64,000 bases of DNA from Chitinophagaceae bacterium (GCA_947371755.1 CANBQT010000009.1:689-64688), one strand, 5' to 3'; numbered from the stretch's first letter, positions 47,812-59,354 are shown. Numbers and translations are program-made. Notes: a model not told the origin generated them from the letters alone.

Positions 47812-48951
47812 ATGCAAACGCAACAACTACAGTTTCAAAACAACCAATGGGATGTTAAAAAAGCAAGCCCAAATTTTGATGCAGCTAAAACTCAGTTGGC
47901 TATTGTTTTTGGTTCGGGCGACTTAGCTGGTTCAATCACCAACTACGAAGTGATTCGTTCAAGGTTTCCAAATGCAGATATTGTTTCCTGTTCAACTGCG
48001 GGAGAAATCATTGGGGAAGAAGTCTTCGATGATACATTAATAGTTACTGCCATACAGTTTGAAAAAGCTAAGATCCGTTGTATTAAAACCTCAGTAGACG
48101 AACAGGCAGATAGTTTTGAAACAGGTAAATATCTTTTTAATTCCTTGAATACAGAAGACCTTACTGGTCTGTTCATCATTTCTGATGGCACTAAAATAAA
48201 TGGTAGTGAAATTGTAAATGGATTGAATTTGAATAATCACAAACACTTACCAATTACCGGTGGTCTTGCAGGAGATGCTGCAAGATTCAGTAAAACAGTA
48301 GTAGGATTAAATGAATCCGCTTCAGAAGGTAATATTGTAGCAGTGGGTTTCTATGGAAATGATATAAAAATTGGCCATAGCTCCTTGGGTGGATGGGATG
48401 AGTTTGGAAAAGAACGGATCATTACCAAATCTGATAAAAACGTTTTATTTGAAATTGATGGTGCAGTTGCACTGGATTTATACAAAGAATATTTAGGACC
48501 TTATGCAGAAGAATTACCCGGGTCTGCACTTTTATTCCCCTTATCTATTCGTTTAGAAAATTCAGATAGGAATTTAGTTAGAACCATTCTATCAGTGAAT
48601 GATGCTGAGAAATCTATGACTTTTGCCGGCAACCTGCCTGAAGGCTCAAAGGTTCGATTCATGAAAGCTAATTTCGAAAAATTAATTTCTGCATCAGCAA
48701 CTGCAGCAGAAAATTCTTTTGATAAAACAAAGTCCTCACCCGACTTAGCTATTTTAATAAGTTGTGTGGGAAGAAAACTTATTTTACAAGAAAGAACTGA
48801 AGACGAATTAATAGCTGCCAAGAAAATTTTTGGAAACAATACTTGCATAACTGGATTCTATTCCTATGGAGAAATTTCTCCCTTCAATCAATTATCTAAT
48901 TGTGAATTGCATAACCAAACAATGACAATTACCACTTTTTCAGAGCAATAA
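47812..48951 (+). CDS. Stand-alone FIST-domain sensory protein (NosP-like)
   Basis: SCSTAGEI, TGGLAGD, GGWDEFG, VLFEIDG..AL.LY..YLG, ISCVGR, GFYSYGEI...LHNQT. Confidence 0.9.
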   Translation: MQTQQLQFQNNQWDVKKASPNFDAAKTQLAIVFGSGDLAGSITNYEVIRSRFPNADIVSCSTAGEIIGEEVFDDTLIVTAIQFEKAKIRCIKTSVDEQADSFETGKYLFNSLNTEDLTGLFIISDGTKINGSEIVNGLNLNNHKHLPITGGLAGDAARFSKTVVGLNESASEGNIVAVGFYGNDIKIGHSSLGGWDEFGKERIITKSDKNVLFEIDGAVALDLYKEYLGPYAEELPGSALLFPLSIRLENSDRNLVRTILSVNDAEKSMTFAGNLPEGSKVRFMKANFEKLISASATAAENSFDKTKSSPDLAILISCVGRKLILQERTEDELIAAKKIFGNNTCITGFYSYGEISPFNQLSNCELHNQTMTITTFSEQ

Positions 48952-48974
48952 AGCTTATTTTAGAGTCTAGAACT

Positions 48975-50486
48975 ATGGAATATCATTCAATTTTAGAAAA
49001 ACAAATTCGAAAATTCTTGACGAGCGATTATCAAGAAAACGAAGAATTGAAAAATTTACTGGACACTATTAGCAAAAGTTATCATGCGTTCGATCGTGAT
49101 AAAAAAATTGCTGATCATGCATTTGAAATCAGTGAGAAAGAATATCAGAGTGTAAATGCTGATCTTCAGGCCCAGATAGATATTCGTAAATCGTCTATCA
49201 TTAAACTGAAAGATGCCATACGAGCACTAGACCCCACAGAAGCAAATAATTTTAACGGCAAAGATGAGGATCTGATCAATATCATCAACTTTCTGGAAAT
49301 TCAGATCATTAAAACTAAACAGCTGGAAGTTGATCTTATTTTAGCTAAAGAAACCGCAGAAAAAGCTTCCAGAGCCAAAAGCGAATTTCTTTCTATCATG
49401 AGTCACGAAATTCGTACTCCACTGAACGCCATCATTGGTACCAATAACCTTTTGCATTATCAAGACCCGCTTCCATCACAAAAAGAATTATTAAATGTGA
49501 TGAAGATTTCTTCAGAGAACTTATTGAGTCTTATTAATGATGTTCTTGATTACGGCAAATTAGAAGAGGGGAAAATTATTTTGGCAGAACGGGATATGAA
49601 TTTGAAGAGTTTTGTCAAAAACCTTCGGGCTGCACATCGTTTAAGGTCGGAAGAAAGAGGTAACAATTTAAGGTTGATGTATGATGATGATATACCAGAC
49701 TTTGTAATTGGAGATGATATCAGACTTGGTCAGGTCTTAAACAACCTTATCTCTAATGCCATAAAATTCACAAAGAAAGGAGTTATCACCATAGAAGTTT
49801 TATTGAATAGTATTACTGATGATCATGTATACATTGATTTTGCCATCATTGATACAGGTATTGGAATTTCTGCTGATAAACAGGGAATGATCTTTGACCG
49901 TTTTACTCAAGCTAACACAAATATCACCAGAGAATATGGTGGGTCTGGCTTAGGATTAACGATTATCAAACTACTACTGCAATTACAAAATAGCGATATC
50001 TATCTAAGCAGTGAGGAAGGGAAGGGGTCGAAGTTTTACTTTACTCTTGGCTTCAAAAAAAGTACTACTAGCTTACAAGACGAAAATATTAAAATACTCA
50101 ATAGCGAATCTCCTAACTTAGGTAATATTCATATCCTTTTAGTAGAAGACGTAGAGTTCAATGTAATGGTTGCAGAAAAAATGCTCCAGAATTGGAAGGC
50201 CACCGTTGACGTAGCGAATAATGGTCTTATAGCTGTTGAAAAAGCAAAAGAAAATAAATACGATATCATCCTGATGGATCTTCAAATGCCCGTTATGGAT
50301 GGATATACTGCTACTAGAAAGATCAGAGAGTTTAACGAATCAACTCCTATTATTGCTTTAACAGCTTCTATCACAATGGATATTCAAGGTAGAGCTATGG
50401 AGTTTGGGATGAATGATTGTATCACAAAACCATTTAATCCCAACGATTTATTGGCAGTTATTTTAAAGTATTCCAAACCAGCTTAA
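48975..50486 (+). CDS. Cytoplasmic hybrid sensor histidine kinase/response regulator
   Basis: SHEIRTPLN H-box, NLISNAIKFT, DTGIG, GGSGLGL; receiver LVED, LMDLQMP, TKP; no TM segment. Confidence 0.95.
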   Translation: MEYHSILEKQIRKFLTSDYQENEELKNLLDTISKSYHAFDRDKKIADHAFEISEKEYQSVNADLQAQIDIRKSSIIKLKDAIRALDPTEANNFNGKDEDLINIINFLEIQIIKTKQLEVDLILAKETAEKASRAKSEFLSIMSHEIRTPLNAIIGTNNLLHYQDPLPSQKELLNVMKISSENLLSLINDVLDYGKLEEGKIILAERDMNLKSFVKNLRAAHRLRSEERGNNLRLMYDDDIPDFVIGDDIRLGQVLNNLISNAIKFTKKGVITIEVLLNSITDDHVYIDFAIIDTGIGISADKQGMIFDRFTQANTNITREYGGSGLGLTIIKLLLQLQNSDIYLSSEEGKGSKFYFTLGFKKSTTSLQDENIKILNSESPNLGNIHILLVEDVEFNVMVAEKMLQNWKATVDVANNGLIAVEKAKENKYDIILMDLQMPVMDGYTATRKIREFNESTPIIALTASITMDIQGRAMEFGMNDCITKPFNPNDLLAVILKYSKPA

Positions 50487-50499
50487 CCGTACTAATTTT

Positions 50500-51597
50500 T
50501 TAAAACCATCCCCGTTTTCTAAATGTAAATAACATCCACAAGGGTATTAATATCATGAATGCTACTGCTGAAAAAAAGCCGTATTCATTATGAAGCGTGG
50601 GAATACGATCAAAGTTCATTCCAAAAATTCCACCAATCACAGTTGCTGGTGCCAATAAACAAGTTACGATTGCCATTACTTTCATTACTTCGTTCATCTT
50701 CAGATTTACATTACTCAAGTAAAGGTCTTGTAAGTTGATCATCATATCCCGATAGTTTTCAGACAAATCATTTGCCTGAACAATATGATCATAGACATCT
50801 TTAAAATACTTGGTATTACGCTCTTCCAATAAATCGCTATCACTTCTGATAAACCCATTCACCAATTCCCTCACTGGTGCCACATTTCTTTTTAATACAA
50901 TCATTTCCTTGCGCAGCGAATTGATATCTGAAATAGAATTGGTGTTACTGAACCGGATAATCTCTTCTTCCAAAAGTTCAATTCGTTCACCCAATTTTTC
51001 CATTACAATATAGTAATGATCTACAATCATGTCTAATAAAGCATAACACAAATAGTCTGCTCCAGATTGCCTTAGTTTGCTTGAAGAAAGCCTCAGTTTT
51101 TCTCTAATGCTATCAAAGACATCCCGGCTGCTATCTTCCTGAAATGAAATAACATATTCTTTACCCAACAAGATACTGATCTGCTCTGTTTCAACTGCCC
51201 CAGTTGTTTCATTGAAAAATAACATATTCAATAAACAATAGAGTACCGTATCCATATCATCCATCTTTGGACGTTGGTTGATACTCAAAATGTCTTCCAC
51301 AATCAAATAATGAATATTATAATGAGAACAAATTTTTTCTACTTCTTCTTTAATGATTCCTCCAATATTGATCCAGCTGACATGTCCATTTTCTTTATAG
51401 TCAAAACAATCCTCGGATAAGGGATGTTCAGTTTCAGTTAAAAAGTCGGAAGTAAAATCAAACACATGAATATGTGAACTGGTCTGCTTCGTTCTCGATG
51501 GAGCAGCAGTGGGGTTCACCACAAAAATATCTCTGGTTCGCTCTGAGCTTTCCTTACCCTTTTTTGAAAAGTATTTAAAATAATGATTACCCGTCAT
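50500..51597 (-). CDS. corA: Magnesium/cobalt transporter CorA
   Basis: EDIL...QRPK, MNEVMKV, IFGMNF (GMN), two C-terminal TM helices. Confidence 0.95.
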   Translation of the reverse strand: MTGNHYFKYFSKKGKESSERTRDIFVVNPTAAPSRTKQTSSHIHVFDFTSDFLTETEHPLSEDCFDYKENGHVSWINIGGIIKEEVEKICSHYNIHYLIVEDILSINQRPKMDDMDTVLYCLLNMLFFNETTGAVETEQISILLGKEYVISFQEDSSRDVFDSIREKLRLSSSKLRQSGADYLCYALLDMIVDHYYIVMEKLGERIELLEEEIIRFSNTNSISDINSLRKEMIVLKRNVAPVRELVNGFIRSDSDLLEERNTKYFKDVYDHIVQANDLSENYRDMMINLQDLYLSNVNLKMNEVMKVMAIVTCLLAPATVIGGIFGMNFDRIPTLHNEYGFFSAVAFMILIPLWMLFTFRKRGWF

Positions 51598-51650
51598 GAC
51601 TTAAAGTTAAATCAATAATACCTGCAATATATTGCAGCAATTAAATTCTT

Positions 51651-53816
51651 TTATTCATTCAGTGACATAGAATTCAAAACCATTCTAATAGCACCATAGC
51701 TGATAGTATCTGGTAAATTATCCTTTAATTTTCTTAAGCTCAATCTGCCATGTTTCTCTGCAGCTTTTTTAATTAATTCCTGATGTGATATTTTAACAAA
51801 CTCATCTAAACTCAACTCCCCCTTGCCAATATAATAGCTCAGGTGATTCTCAATGGTTGTTGTTGACAGGCCTCGTTCTTCAGCTATCGCTTCAATACTA
51901 TACCCCTTTTTATATTGATCAAAGCTTTGCTTCTTGGTTTCTGTTTCTCTCTCTTTAACAACCTTGATTTGTTTTTTCCTTTGTGGATGTTTTAAATCCA
52001 TTCTTGTTGTTAACTGGTGCTCGATACAATAGTCCTGAACCATTTCTAAGAAAGCAGCTCCATAATGTTCGATCTTATAAGTTCCAAATCCTGAAATATT
52101 TGGCAGGTCCGAACTTTTGATGGGCAGATAAGTTGCCAGATCCAATAAACTACTATCACTTAAAATGATATAAGCTGGAATATTTTCTTCATGCGCAATT
52201 TTGTTGCGGAGTTTTTTAAGATTTTCAAATAGTTCCTTTTCATAAGCATGCTGTTGAAAGATCACTGGTTCTTTACTTATCACTTGTTTCTCCGGTGAGT
52301 TTAAAAACACTTTTTCTCCTTTAAAGAGCACTGCTTTTGCCTTTTCTGTGAGTTGAAGTACTGGATATTCACTATTCGATTGTTGTAAATAAGCCTCGTA
52401 TAACAACTCTTTTGCATAATGGTGCCAATCGTCTTTACTCAAATCTTTTCCAATACCATAAACAGTAAGAAGTTTATGCTCTGCTCTAATTTTTTCTGAA
52501 TTACTTCCGCGCAAGATGTCTACTATATAACCAGCTCCAAATTTTTCATTCATTCTTACTACCGCACTTAAGAATTTCTGCGCTACTAAAGTTGCATCTA
52601 TTAAAGTTTTATTACCTGAACAAATATCACAACTACCGCAATTGTCAGCAGCCGGTTCACCGAAATAATTCAGTAAGTATTTCCTTCTGCACCTTTTGGT
52701 TTCACAGAATTGTACCATCTGATCCAATTTTTTTAAAAGGATCTTAGTTTGTTCTTCGTTCCCTTCGATCTGTGCAAAATTCTTTAACTTAATCACATCA
52801 CCGCCTCCATAAAATAATAAGGCATCACTATTCAAACCATCCCTTCCGGCTCTTCCCGTTTCCTGATAATAGCCTTCCATATTTTTAGGAAGATCCACAT
52901 GTACCACAAATCGAACATTACTTTTATTGATGCCCATCCCAAATGCAATGGTGGCCACCATGATCTTGATTTCGTCTTTTAAGAATTGATCCTGTCTTTC
53001 CTCACGCAAATTTTTTTCTAAACCAGCATGATATGCTGCTGCCTGAAATCCATCTTCAACAAGATCTGATGCCAGTTTTTCGGTGGCAGCCCTGCTCAAA
53101 CAATAAATAATACCTGAATCGTTTTTATGCGCTTCTAGATATTCAGTCAATTCATCGTAATACCCACGCTTGGGCCTAACCGTATAAAATATATTGGGAC
53201 GATTAAAACTGTTTTCAAAAACATGCGGCTCTTTCAAATGCAACTGCAAAAGGATATCCTTTTTTGTTACAGCATCAGCAGTTGCTGTGAGTGCAATGAT
53301 GGGAGTATTTGGAAACACCTCTTTTAAATCTCCCAATACCCGATACTCGGGTCTAAAGTCGTGACCCCACTGACTAATACAATGTGCTTCATCAATGGCA
53401 AACAGTGAAACTGGAATGGTTTGTAAAAAATGAAGGAATTGCTTATCCTGACCTACCAATCTTTCGGGTGCCACATAGATTAGCTTGAGTTCATTATTTC
53501 GTAACTGCTCAGACAAAATTGCCTGATCAGCATTACTTTGTGTGCTATTTAAAAATGCAGCTTTCACACCACTTAATACCAGTGCATCAACCTGATCTTT
53601 CATTAGTGCAATCAAAGGACTTACCACAACGGTTACGCCAGGCAAGCATAACGCAGGCACCTGATAGCAAAGACTTTTACCCCCTCCTGTTGGCATCAAA
53701 ACCAGGGAGTCTTTTCCTTCTAATGTTTGATCAATGATCTCCTTCTGGTTATGCCTAAAACTATCATATCCAAAAATGGACTGTAATATGTGTTCTGGTG
53801 TAGCAATGGTATGCAT
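51651..53816 (-). CDS. recQ: ATP-dependent DNA helicase RecQ (RQC, HRDC, C-terminal HTH)
   Basis: [58 protein letters not shown]...YFGE..CG.CD.C. Confidence 0.96.
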   Translation of the reverse strand: MHTIATPEHILQSIFGYDSFRHNQKEIIDQTLEGKDSLVLMPTGGGKSLCYQVPALCLPGVTVVVSPLIALMKDQVDALVLSGVKAAFLNSTQSNADQAILSEQLRNNELKLIYVAPERLVGQDKQFLHFLQTIPVSLFAIDEAHCISQWGHDFRPEYRVLGDLKEVFPNTPIIALTATADAVTKKDILLQLHLKEPHVFENSFNRPNIFYTVRPKRGYYDELTEYLEAHKNDSGIIYCLSRAATEKLASDLVEDGFQAAAYHAGLEKNLREERQDQFLKDEIKIMVATIAFGMGINKSNVRFVVHVDLPKNMEGYYQETGRAGRDGLNSDALLFYGGGDVIKLKNFAQIEGNEEQTKILLKKLDQMVQFCETKRCRRKYLLNYFGEPAADNCGSCDICSGNKTLIDATLVAQKFLSAVVRMNEKFGAGYIVDILRGSNSEKIRAEHKLLTVYGIGKDLSKDDWHHYAKELLYEAYLQQSNSEYPVLQLTEKAKAVLFKGEKVFLNSPEKQVISKEPVIFQQHAYEKELFENLKKLRNKIAHEENIPAYIILSDSSLLDLATYLPIKSSDLPNISGFGTYKIEHYGAAFLEMVQDYCIEHQLTTRMDLKHPQRKKQIKVVKERETETKKQSFDQYKKGYSIEAIAEERGLSTTTIENHLSYYIGKGELSLDEFVKISHQELIKKAAEKHGRLSLRKLKDNLPDTISYGAIRMVLNSMSLNE

Positions 53817-53895
53817 AGTTGTGCAAGATAGAAAGCAATCAACTAAATTTTCAACCCTTTCTTAAAAGGTGTTTTTAGGGCTGCTCAGGTATTTT

Positions 53896-54132
53896 TTAGC
53901 GGTGTTGCTTTCTTAATGGATCTAACAAAAACTTCAACCCATTCAGATTTATTTCATACATCGTAGCAAGTAACATCCCCATTTTTCCTTTTGGAAACCC
54001 ATTTCGCTGATGCCATTCCAGATAAAAATCGGGTAAGTCGCAGATCAACCTGTCTTTATACTTCCCAAAAGGCATCCGGGTGGTAACCAGGTCAACCAAT
54101 AACTGTGGATCAGGTAGAAGAGGATCTTTCAT
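53896..54132 (-). CDS. DUF3820 family protein
   Basis: MPFGKYK.R.I.DLP..YL.W....GFP.GK.G.LL....EI..NGL. Confidence 0.88.
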   Translation of the reverse strand: MKDPLLPDPQLLVDLVTTRMPFGKYKDRLICDLPDFYLEWHQRNGFPKGKMGMLLATMYEINLNGLKFLLDPLRKQHR

Positions 54133-54191
54133 TTTTAAATGTAAGGTTAAAAAGCAAGTTTCAAATAACCATTCAATTTAATAAAAGGCAA

Positions 54192-55094
54192 TTATCTTCT
54201 GCCACCTAAATGATCTTTCTCTCCAGCTTTGATAGCTATGGGTAAAATGTTTTGCTTTGGTGGTAGTGGACAGGTTGCATATATCGTAAATGCACAAGGC
54301 GGATTAAACGCTTTATTAAAATCTATGATTGTATTCCCTTTGGCATCTGGTAAATCGGCATATAAAAAACGGCCGGCCGGATAAGTGCCCTTACCACTTG
54401 TAGCATCCCCAAATAGTATAAACAATTCATTTCCCTCCCCCAATGCATCTAATTGATATTCTTTACCCGCAATACTAAAAATTAATTTTCCTGGCGATTC
54501 CTGAGCATTGGTTTGACCTAAAACATTTGTGATCAACAATTTATTTTCCTGCTTTTTTTCGAACCTTGCATTCAAACGCCAGGTGCTATCATCTTTATAT
54601 CTTTCACAACCTTTGAATGAACTAAGTTTTGGCGATTGTAAATCTCTTAAACGAATTCCTATCTTATCATCTCTTTGAATGATATTCCATCTGAGACTTC
54701 CTAAAGCCAATAATGGTGCTACCTGTTTTCCTTCCTCATATACCAATACTTTTGACACCCCGCTATCTTTAATAGTAATCTTTACTGTTTCAGCTGTTAC
54801 CCAATACACTTGTTTATTCTCATATAAAAAATATCCGGCATTCTTTGGCATGTCTTTATGCTGATATACTATTTCATTGGTGGAGGCCGATCCAAAATTA
54901 TTTTTTCCAGGTTTTAACCAATACAGACCAGTTAAGTTTAACCAGCCATTCGGAGCTTTTAATGCAGCAATTCTTTTTTGCTTCCATTCTGTCATGTCTT
55001 CCTGAAAACTTTTTTTGTTTTGTGCAGATGAATACATCGCAAGAATGGTAAGAACTAATAAAAATAAATAACGATTAGAATTCTGATTTTTCAT
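54192..55094 (-). CDS. DUF1684 domain-containing protein
   Basis: GWLNLTGLYWL, F.D.TSG..TY.AGRFL, IDFNKAFNPPCAFT.YATCPLPP..N.L..AI.AGE. Confidence 0.9.
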   Translation of the reverse strand: MKNQNSNRYLFLLVLTILAMYSSAQNKKSFQEDMTEWKQKRIAALKAPNGWLNLTGLYWLKPGKNNFGSASTNEIVYQHKDMPKNAGYFLYENKQVYWVTAETVKITIKDSGVSKVLVYEEGKQVAPLLALGSLRWNIIQRDDKIGIRLRDLQSPKLSSFKGCERYKDDSTWRLNARFEKKQENKLLITNVLGQTNAQESPGKLIFSIAGKEYQLDALGEGNELFILFGDATSGKGTYPAGRFLYADLPDAKGNTIIDFNKAFNPPCAFTIYATCPLPPKQNILPIAIKAGEKDHLGGRR

Positions 55095-55175
55095 GGGATC
55101 AACTTAAGCCGCAAATCTACAAAAATATTAGTCAGCTAAATTAGTAGAGTTATATTTTAATGATGAAACCACTTA

Positions 55176-57488
55176 TTAACGAATAATAGTAACACTCCCA
55201 CTCAATAGTTTCTTACCTATATCTGATTTAATAATATAGTAGTAAGTGGCAACAGGTAATGACTGGCCCTTATATTTCCCATCCCATGGAATAGTATATC
55301 CCTGGGAATAATAGATAGGTTGGCCAGATCTGGTAAATATCTGAACAATGCAATCGGGATAACTGTCGAGGTATTTAATTACCCAGGTATCATTGATATT
55401 ATCTCCATTTGGCGAAAATACATTCGGGACTAATGGATTATATAAAACTTTCACATTCACTGTATCACTATTGATGCAACCATTAACATCAGTTACTTTT
55501 AATATATACTGAGTATCAACTTTTGGGGAACATGCCGGAAGTAAAATGGTAGGATCGTCCAGATAAATGGAGGGCATCCATAAATAGGATAACTGATTGC
55601 CAGTAGCAATAGCTTTCATGATGATTGTTCCTCCTTCCAACACAAAAAAATCAGGGCCAGCATTTACAGTTGGCGATGGCCAAACGTTGATAGTTTGATA
55701 AGCAGTATCCACGCAGGTGTTTGCTGCAAGAAAACGGAAGCCAATGGTATCCATTCCTTTACCCGCTAAAACAGGATCGAACAAACCGCTTGCTGTAACA
55801 GCTCGTCCGAAATATTTCCCTGTACCTGCCAGGTTTCCAATCTCCGTTGCTTCATTAAATTGTATAGGTGTAACATTATCACAAATTCCATTCAACGGAT
55901 TGAATTGAACCTGTGGCGCGGCTAAGACGGTAACCGTTTTAGTAATTTCCTTCATGCAGGAAATACCAGAATAGGTGCGATAGAGTATCTGATAATTTAC
56001 AGAAGCAGGCTGTGTGAATTTGTTATATTTTTTTTGATAGGTCTTGCCTCTATATACTGATAGATCAACAATAGAATCCAGTGGAGCAGAAATCTTATCC
56101 CAATAAATTGCCGATTGGGTAATAGAGCCGAAATCAACAGTTGAATTATCTTGTATAAAAATTGGTTGATTACTGCAATTATTCGCAGCCTGAATAATAT
56201 TGAAATCAGGAACCGGATTTGCGCCATTCACCACAAAGGGTTGAGATAAACTATCTACACATCCATCATTTGAAACCACCTTTAATGACACCTGATAATT
56301 ACCCTGTGCAGAATAATGATGGGAAGGGTTTTGAAGAATAGAACTATTTGGATTTGCAACTGTGCTGTTCAAATCACCAAAATTCCATAGATATGAAAAG
56401 GGTTTACCATTCGGATCTTTTGTATAACTGCTATCTGTAAAATTTGCTAAGGCATCATCCAGACAGATGGCAGGCTCTATGAATTTAACCTTGGGTCTTG
56501 GTAAAATATTTACCTCAATACTATCACGAGAACTACATCCAGGATTGGTTGCAAAGGCTGTGTTGATAAAATACTTTGCTGTAAAAATAGTATCCGTATT
56601 ATTATTTAAAATAAGAGCAGGATTGGAAGTTGTAGGATCTGAAAGTCCATCTATTGGTGTCCAGGTATACACATAATTGGGATCAGTGGCAGTACCCAAT
56701 AGCATTTTGGTATTCGGACAAACCGTTGTATTTACTGTGCCTTTTCCAGTGATTGATGCTGGCATATCAGTATATATCACTACATTTTTAATAGAATGAT
56801 TATCATTCTGTCCACCAGTTGAAGCCGTAAATCCCAGATACCCAGTAAAATTAAAAGTTTGATAACCACTGAGAACCAGCGTTCCATTTACATATACATC
56901 TATATTGCCTTTGTCGTAATTGATTTTTGCATGTGAATAATCTGTAGATCTTATATTACTTAAAGTACCAGATGCATTTGATGCAGTAGGCATCCCGGTA
57001 TTACATTCTGCATAACCAGTACCCCATCTTATCTCTACCTTAGGCATTTCAAATGTGGTAGTAGGGCCACAATTATTATAGGTATCAAAACAAACTTTTA
57101 ATCCGTTGGCTGTTGAGGGAATACCTAAACCAGCACCTTTCACAAATCCAACTGGAGGAACATCTAAAAAACAGAAAGCAATCCCATCGGCACTTGTGCC
57201 ATCAAACATTCTAAAGTCAAATTCAGTGACCCATTTATTACAGATTCCCAGATCAATTGGTTGATTATAAAATATAGCTCCACTTTGAAAATTAGTAGCG
57301 CCACATAGAAATATTTCACTCAGATTATTACCAGTTACATTTCCAACCTTAGCATTACCCTGCATGTTCCAGCCATTAGTATTAACGGGTGCTCCAGTAA
57401 GTTGAGCGAAAATATGTGTTTGGCCCGAGGTGATTTTTGAAAATAACAGCATCATAGAAAAAAATATATATGCTGTGATTTTTTTCAT
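55176..57488 (-). CDS. T9SS type-B cargo: L-type lectin + PKD domains + gliding-motility-associated (CHU_C) C-terminal domain
   Basis: ADGIAF..., FDTY, GFTASTGG lectin core; YLWNFGD...HHY...G.Y.V.L PKD; PNVFSPNGDNINDTW...FTRSGQ...WDG.Y.G..LP..TYYYII. Confidence 0.9.
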   Translation of the reverse strand: MKKITAYIFFSMMLLFSKITSGQTHIFAQLTGAPVNTNGWNMQGNAKVGNVTGNNLSEIFLCGATNFQSGAIFYNQPIDLGICNKWVTEFDFRMFDGTSADGIAFCFLDVPPVGFVKGAGLGIPSTANGLKVCFDTYNNCGPTTTFEMPKVEIRWGTGYAECNTGMPTASNASGTLSNIRSTDYSHAKINYDKGNIDVYVNGTLVLSGYQTFNFTGYLGFTASTGGQNDNHSIKNVVIYTDMPASITGKGTVNTTVCPNTKMLLGTATDPNYVYTWTPIDGLSDPTTSNPALILNNNTDTIFTAKYFINTAFATNPGCSSRDSIEVNILPRPKVKFIEPAICLDDALANFTDSSYTKDPNGKPFSYLWNFGDLNSTVANPNSSILQNPSHHYSAQGNYQVSLKVVSNDGCVDSLSQPFVVNGANPVPDFNIIQAANNCSNQPIFIQDNSTVDFGSITQSAIYWDKISAPLDSIVDLSVYRGKTYQKKYNKFTQPASVNYQILYRTYSGISCMKEITKTVTVLAAPQVQFNPLNGICDNVTPIQFNEATEIGNLAGTGKYFGRAVTASGLFDPVLAGKGMDTIGFRFLAANTCVDTAYQTINVWPSPTVNAGPDFFVLEGGTIIMKAIATGNQLSYLWMPSIYLDDPTILLPACSPKVDTQYILKVTDVNGCINSDTVNVKVLYNPLVPNVFSPNGDNINDTWVIKYLDSYPDCIVQIFTRSGQPIYYSQGYTIPWDGKYKGQSLPVATYYYIIKSDIGKKLLSGSVTIIR

Positions 57489-57670
57489 AATTATTGGAAG
57501 GCAATTTAAAATGAGAGCTAAACTACCAAAAAAATACAGCTTATGACCAAGAATAGCCGTTCTAATTCGGCAAATATTTGAAATTCCAGCTCAATGAAAA
57601 TGAAAATTTGGATTAGTTCCTGTTGAACCAGTTTTTTATATCAATTAATTTTGCCTTATTTGTAGTAACA

Positions 57671-58147
57671 ATGAAAGCTGCAAGCATACAAGAAATCAAA
57701 TTAGAACTGAGCGAAACCAGTGCCGCTAAACTCAAACAATTATGCCTGCACCTGGCAAAATTTAAGAAAGAAAATAAAGAGCTACTTACTTATCTGCTTT
57801 TTGAATCGCATGACGAGGCTTCCTATATTAATGAAGTGAAAGCAGGTATTGATGAAGGCTTTGCAGAACTTCCTAAAGCAAATAATTATCTCAACAAAAA
57901 ATCATTGAGGAAAACACTGCGCATTGCCAATAAGCATATTAAATACATGGGATCTAAACAAGGCGAGGCCACAATACTGATACATTTTTGTGAGCAATTG
58001 AAAAAATCCACTATCCCTTTTCAAAAAATTACTATCCTCAAGAATATCTATCTGCAACAAATAAAAAAAATCAATGTAGCCATCAGTAGTTTACACGAAG
58101 ACCTTCAATACGATTTTCAACAACAACTAAAAGATCTGGCTATTTAA
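57671..58147 (+). CDS. Conserved hypothetical helical protein
   Basis: MKAASIQEIK.EL...LAKFKKENKELLTYLLFE; start 57671. Confidence 0.75.
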   Translation: MKAASIQEIKLELSETSAAKLKQLCLHLAKFKKENKELLTYLLFESHDEASYINEVKAGIDEGFAELPKANNYLNKKSLRKTLRIANKHIKYMGSKQGEATILIHFCEQLKKSTIPFQKITILKNIYLQQIKKINVAISSLHEDLQYDFQQQLKDLAI

Positions 58148-59194
58148 TTAAGACTCTTCGTCGAAATACAATTTGTAAAAATTCTTTCCGCTAAACTCGT
58201 CGTATCCTTTTTCAATTAAGTCCTTACGCCCATGAATATACACATGGAAATTTTTGTCAAGTTTTAAAATGCTTTTAAAAACACGCTGTTGTTTTTTTAC
58301 AGCGGATAAATGAATATCAAATTCATCTTCAATAATCACTTGTCTGGCTGCTTCATATGTTTGCTTATACTGCGTGAAAGTTTCTATCATTTCAGGGTGA
58401 TGCAATACTTCTTCGGCAAACTCATCCATCTTAAATGCTTCCTTGGTTTTAAAATAGTCCATGCTCCTATTCAGAAGATCGATCTGATCCGACTTATTCA
58501 CTTCAAATTTTTCCTGCAATTCATTGCTGATAAATAATTTGCACATACCCATGGCTGCGTCGGTATGATAATAACTGGTTGCAGAGGGAGTAACCTGTAA
58601 AAAGTCTTTTACCCAATACTGAGCGTCCTGTTGTTTATTGGTATTGTCCACCACACAAACCACGTATCCCTCCGCCTTATTTTTCTTAAATATCAAACAA
58701 CCCTTATCCAGTTTATTGATATTCACCCCATCTTCGGCTATTACTTCCCAGCTTTGACCATGGGGAAATACTTTCAGAAAAGTTTCTTTACTCTCACTCT
58801 TGAAAATGCCAATAGCTTCCACATATTCAGTTCCGAAAGGCACATTGCTAAACTGGGCAATGTACATTTCGCCCTCTTTTACCTTGGCATGGGTGCTTTT
58901 GCTATATAAAAACTGAGCCAACTGGGCAGATCTTTGGGTAAACTGCTTGCTGTCGTTAAACAATTCTGTTACATAATGATACACTTCGTTGAGCCCCAGA
59001 TCACTTAAATGTGTAAAGTGATATTGCTCTTCCACATTAAAAGGACCCAGGAAATACTTGGTTAGCAAGCCCCTAACTATGCTGTCATTAAGGGTAAGTG
59101 GGTTCATAGAAAGCCCTAAAGCTTCCCCTCTGGTTGGATTTCCAAGCTTGTGAACGATTACCTGATCCAACAAAACACTATCATTTCCTGTCAT
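58148..59194 (-). CDS. 37-kDa nucleoid-associated protein (YejK/NdpA-like)
   Basis: IVHKLGN, KEGEMYIA.F, IGIFKSE.KE.FL, LDKGCLIF, YWVKDFL, KLDKNFHVYIHG. Confidence 0.85.
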   Translation of the reverse strand: MTGNDSVLLDQVIVHKLGNPTRGEALGLSMNPLTLNDSIVRGLLTKYFLGPFNVEEQYHFTHLSDLGLNEVYHYVTELFNDSKQFTQRSAQLAQFLYSKSTHAKVKEGEMYIAQFSNVPFGTEYVEAIGIFKSESKETFLKVFPHGQSWEVIAEDGVNINKLDKGCLIFKKNKAEGYVVCVVDNTNKQQDAQYWVKDFLQVTPSATSYYHTDAAMGMCKLFISNELQEKFEVNKSDQIDLLNRSMDYFKTKEAFKMDEFAEEVLHHPEMIETFTQYKQTYEAARQVIIEDEFDIHLSAVKKQQRVFKSILKLDKNFHVYIHGRKDLIEKGYDEFSGKNFYKLYFDEES

Positions 59195-59354
59195 AATACA
59201 ACGAAGATAATAGAGAGTTGGTTAGAACAAAATAGTTCCTCTTATAAAGCAAATTCGTTTTTCGGCCATAAAATGTGCACCTTTACACTATAATTTCATG
59301 GGCTATATCCTTTTTGGATGCAATTTGCCTTAAACCTTAAACTACTTCTCGATT

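Noticed and set aside
51651-59194. RecQ and nucleoid-associated protein as parts of a defence system
   Set aside because: Both have standard Bacteroidota architecture and housekeeping neighbours; no nuclease or effector partner
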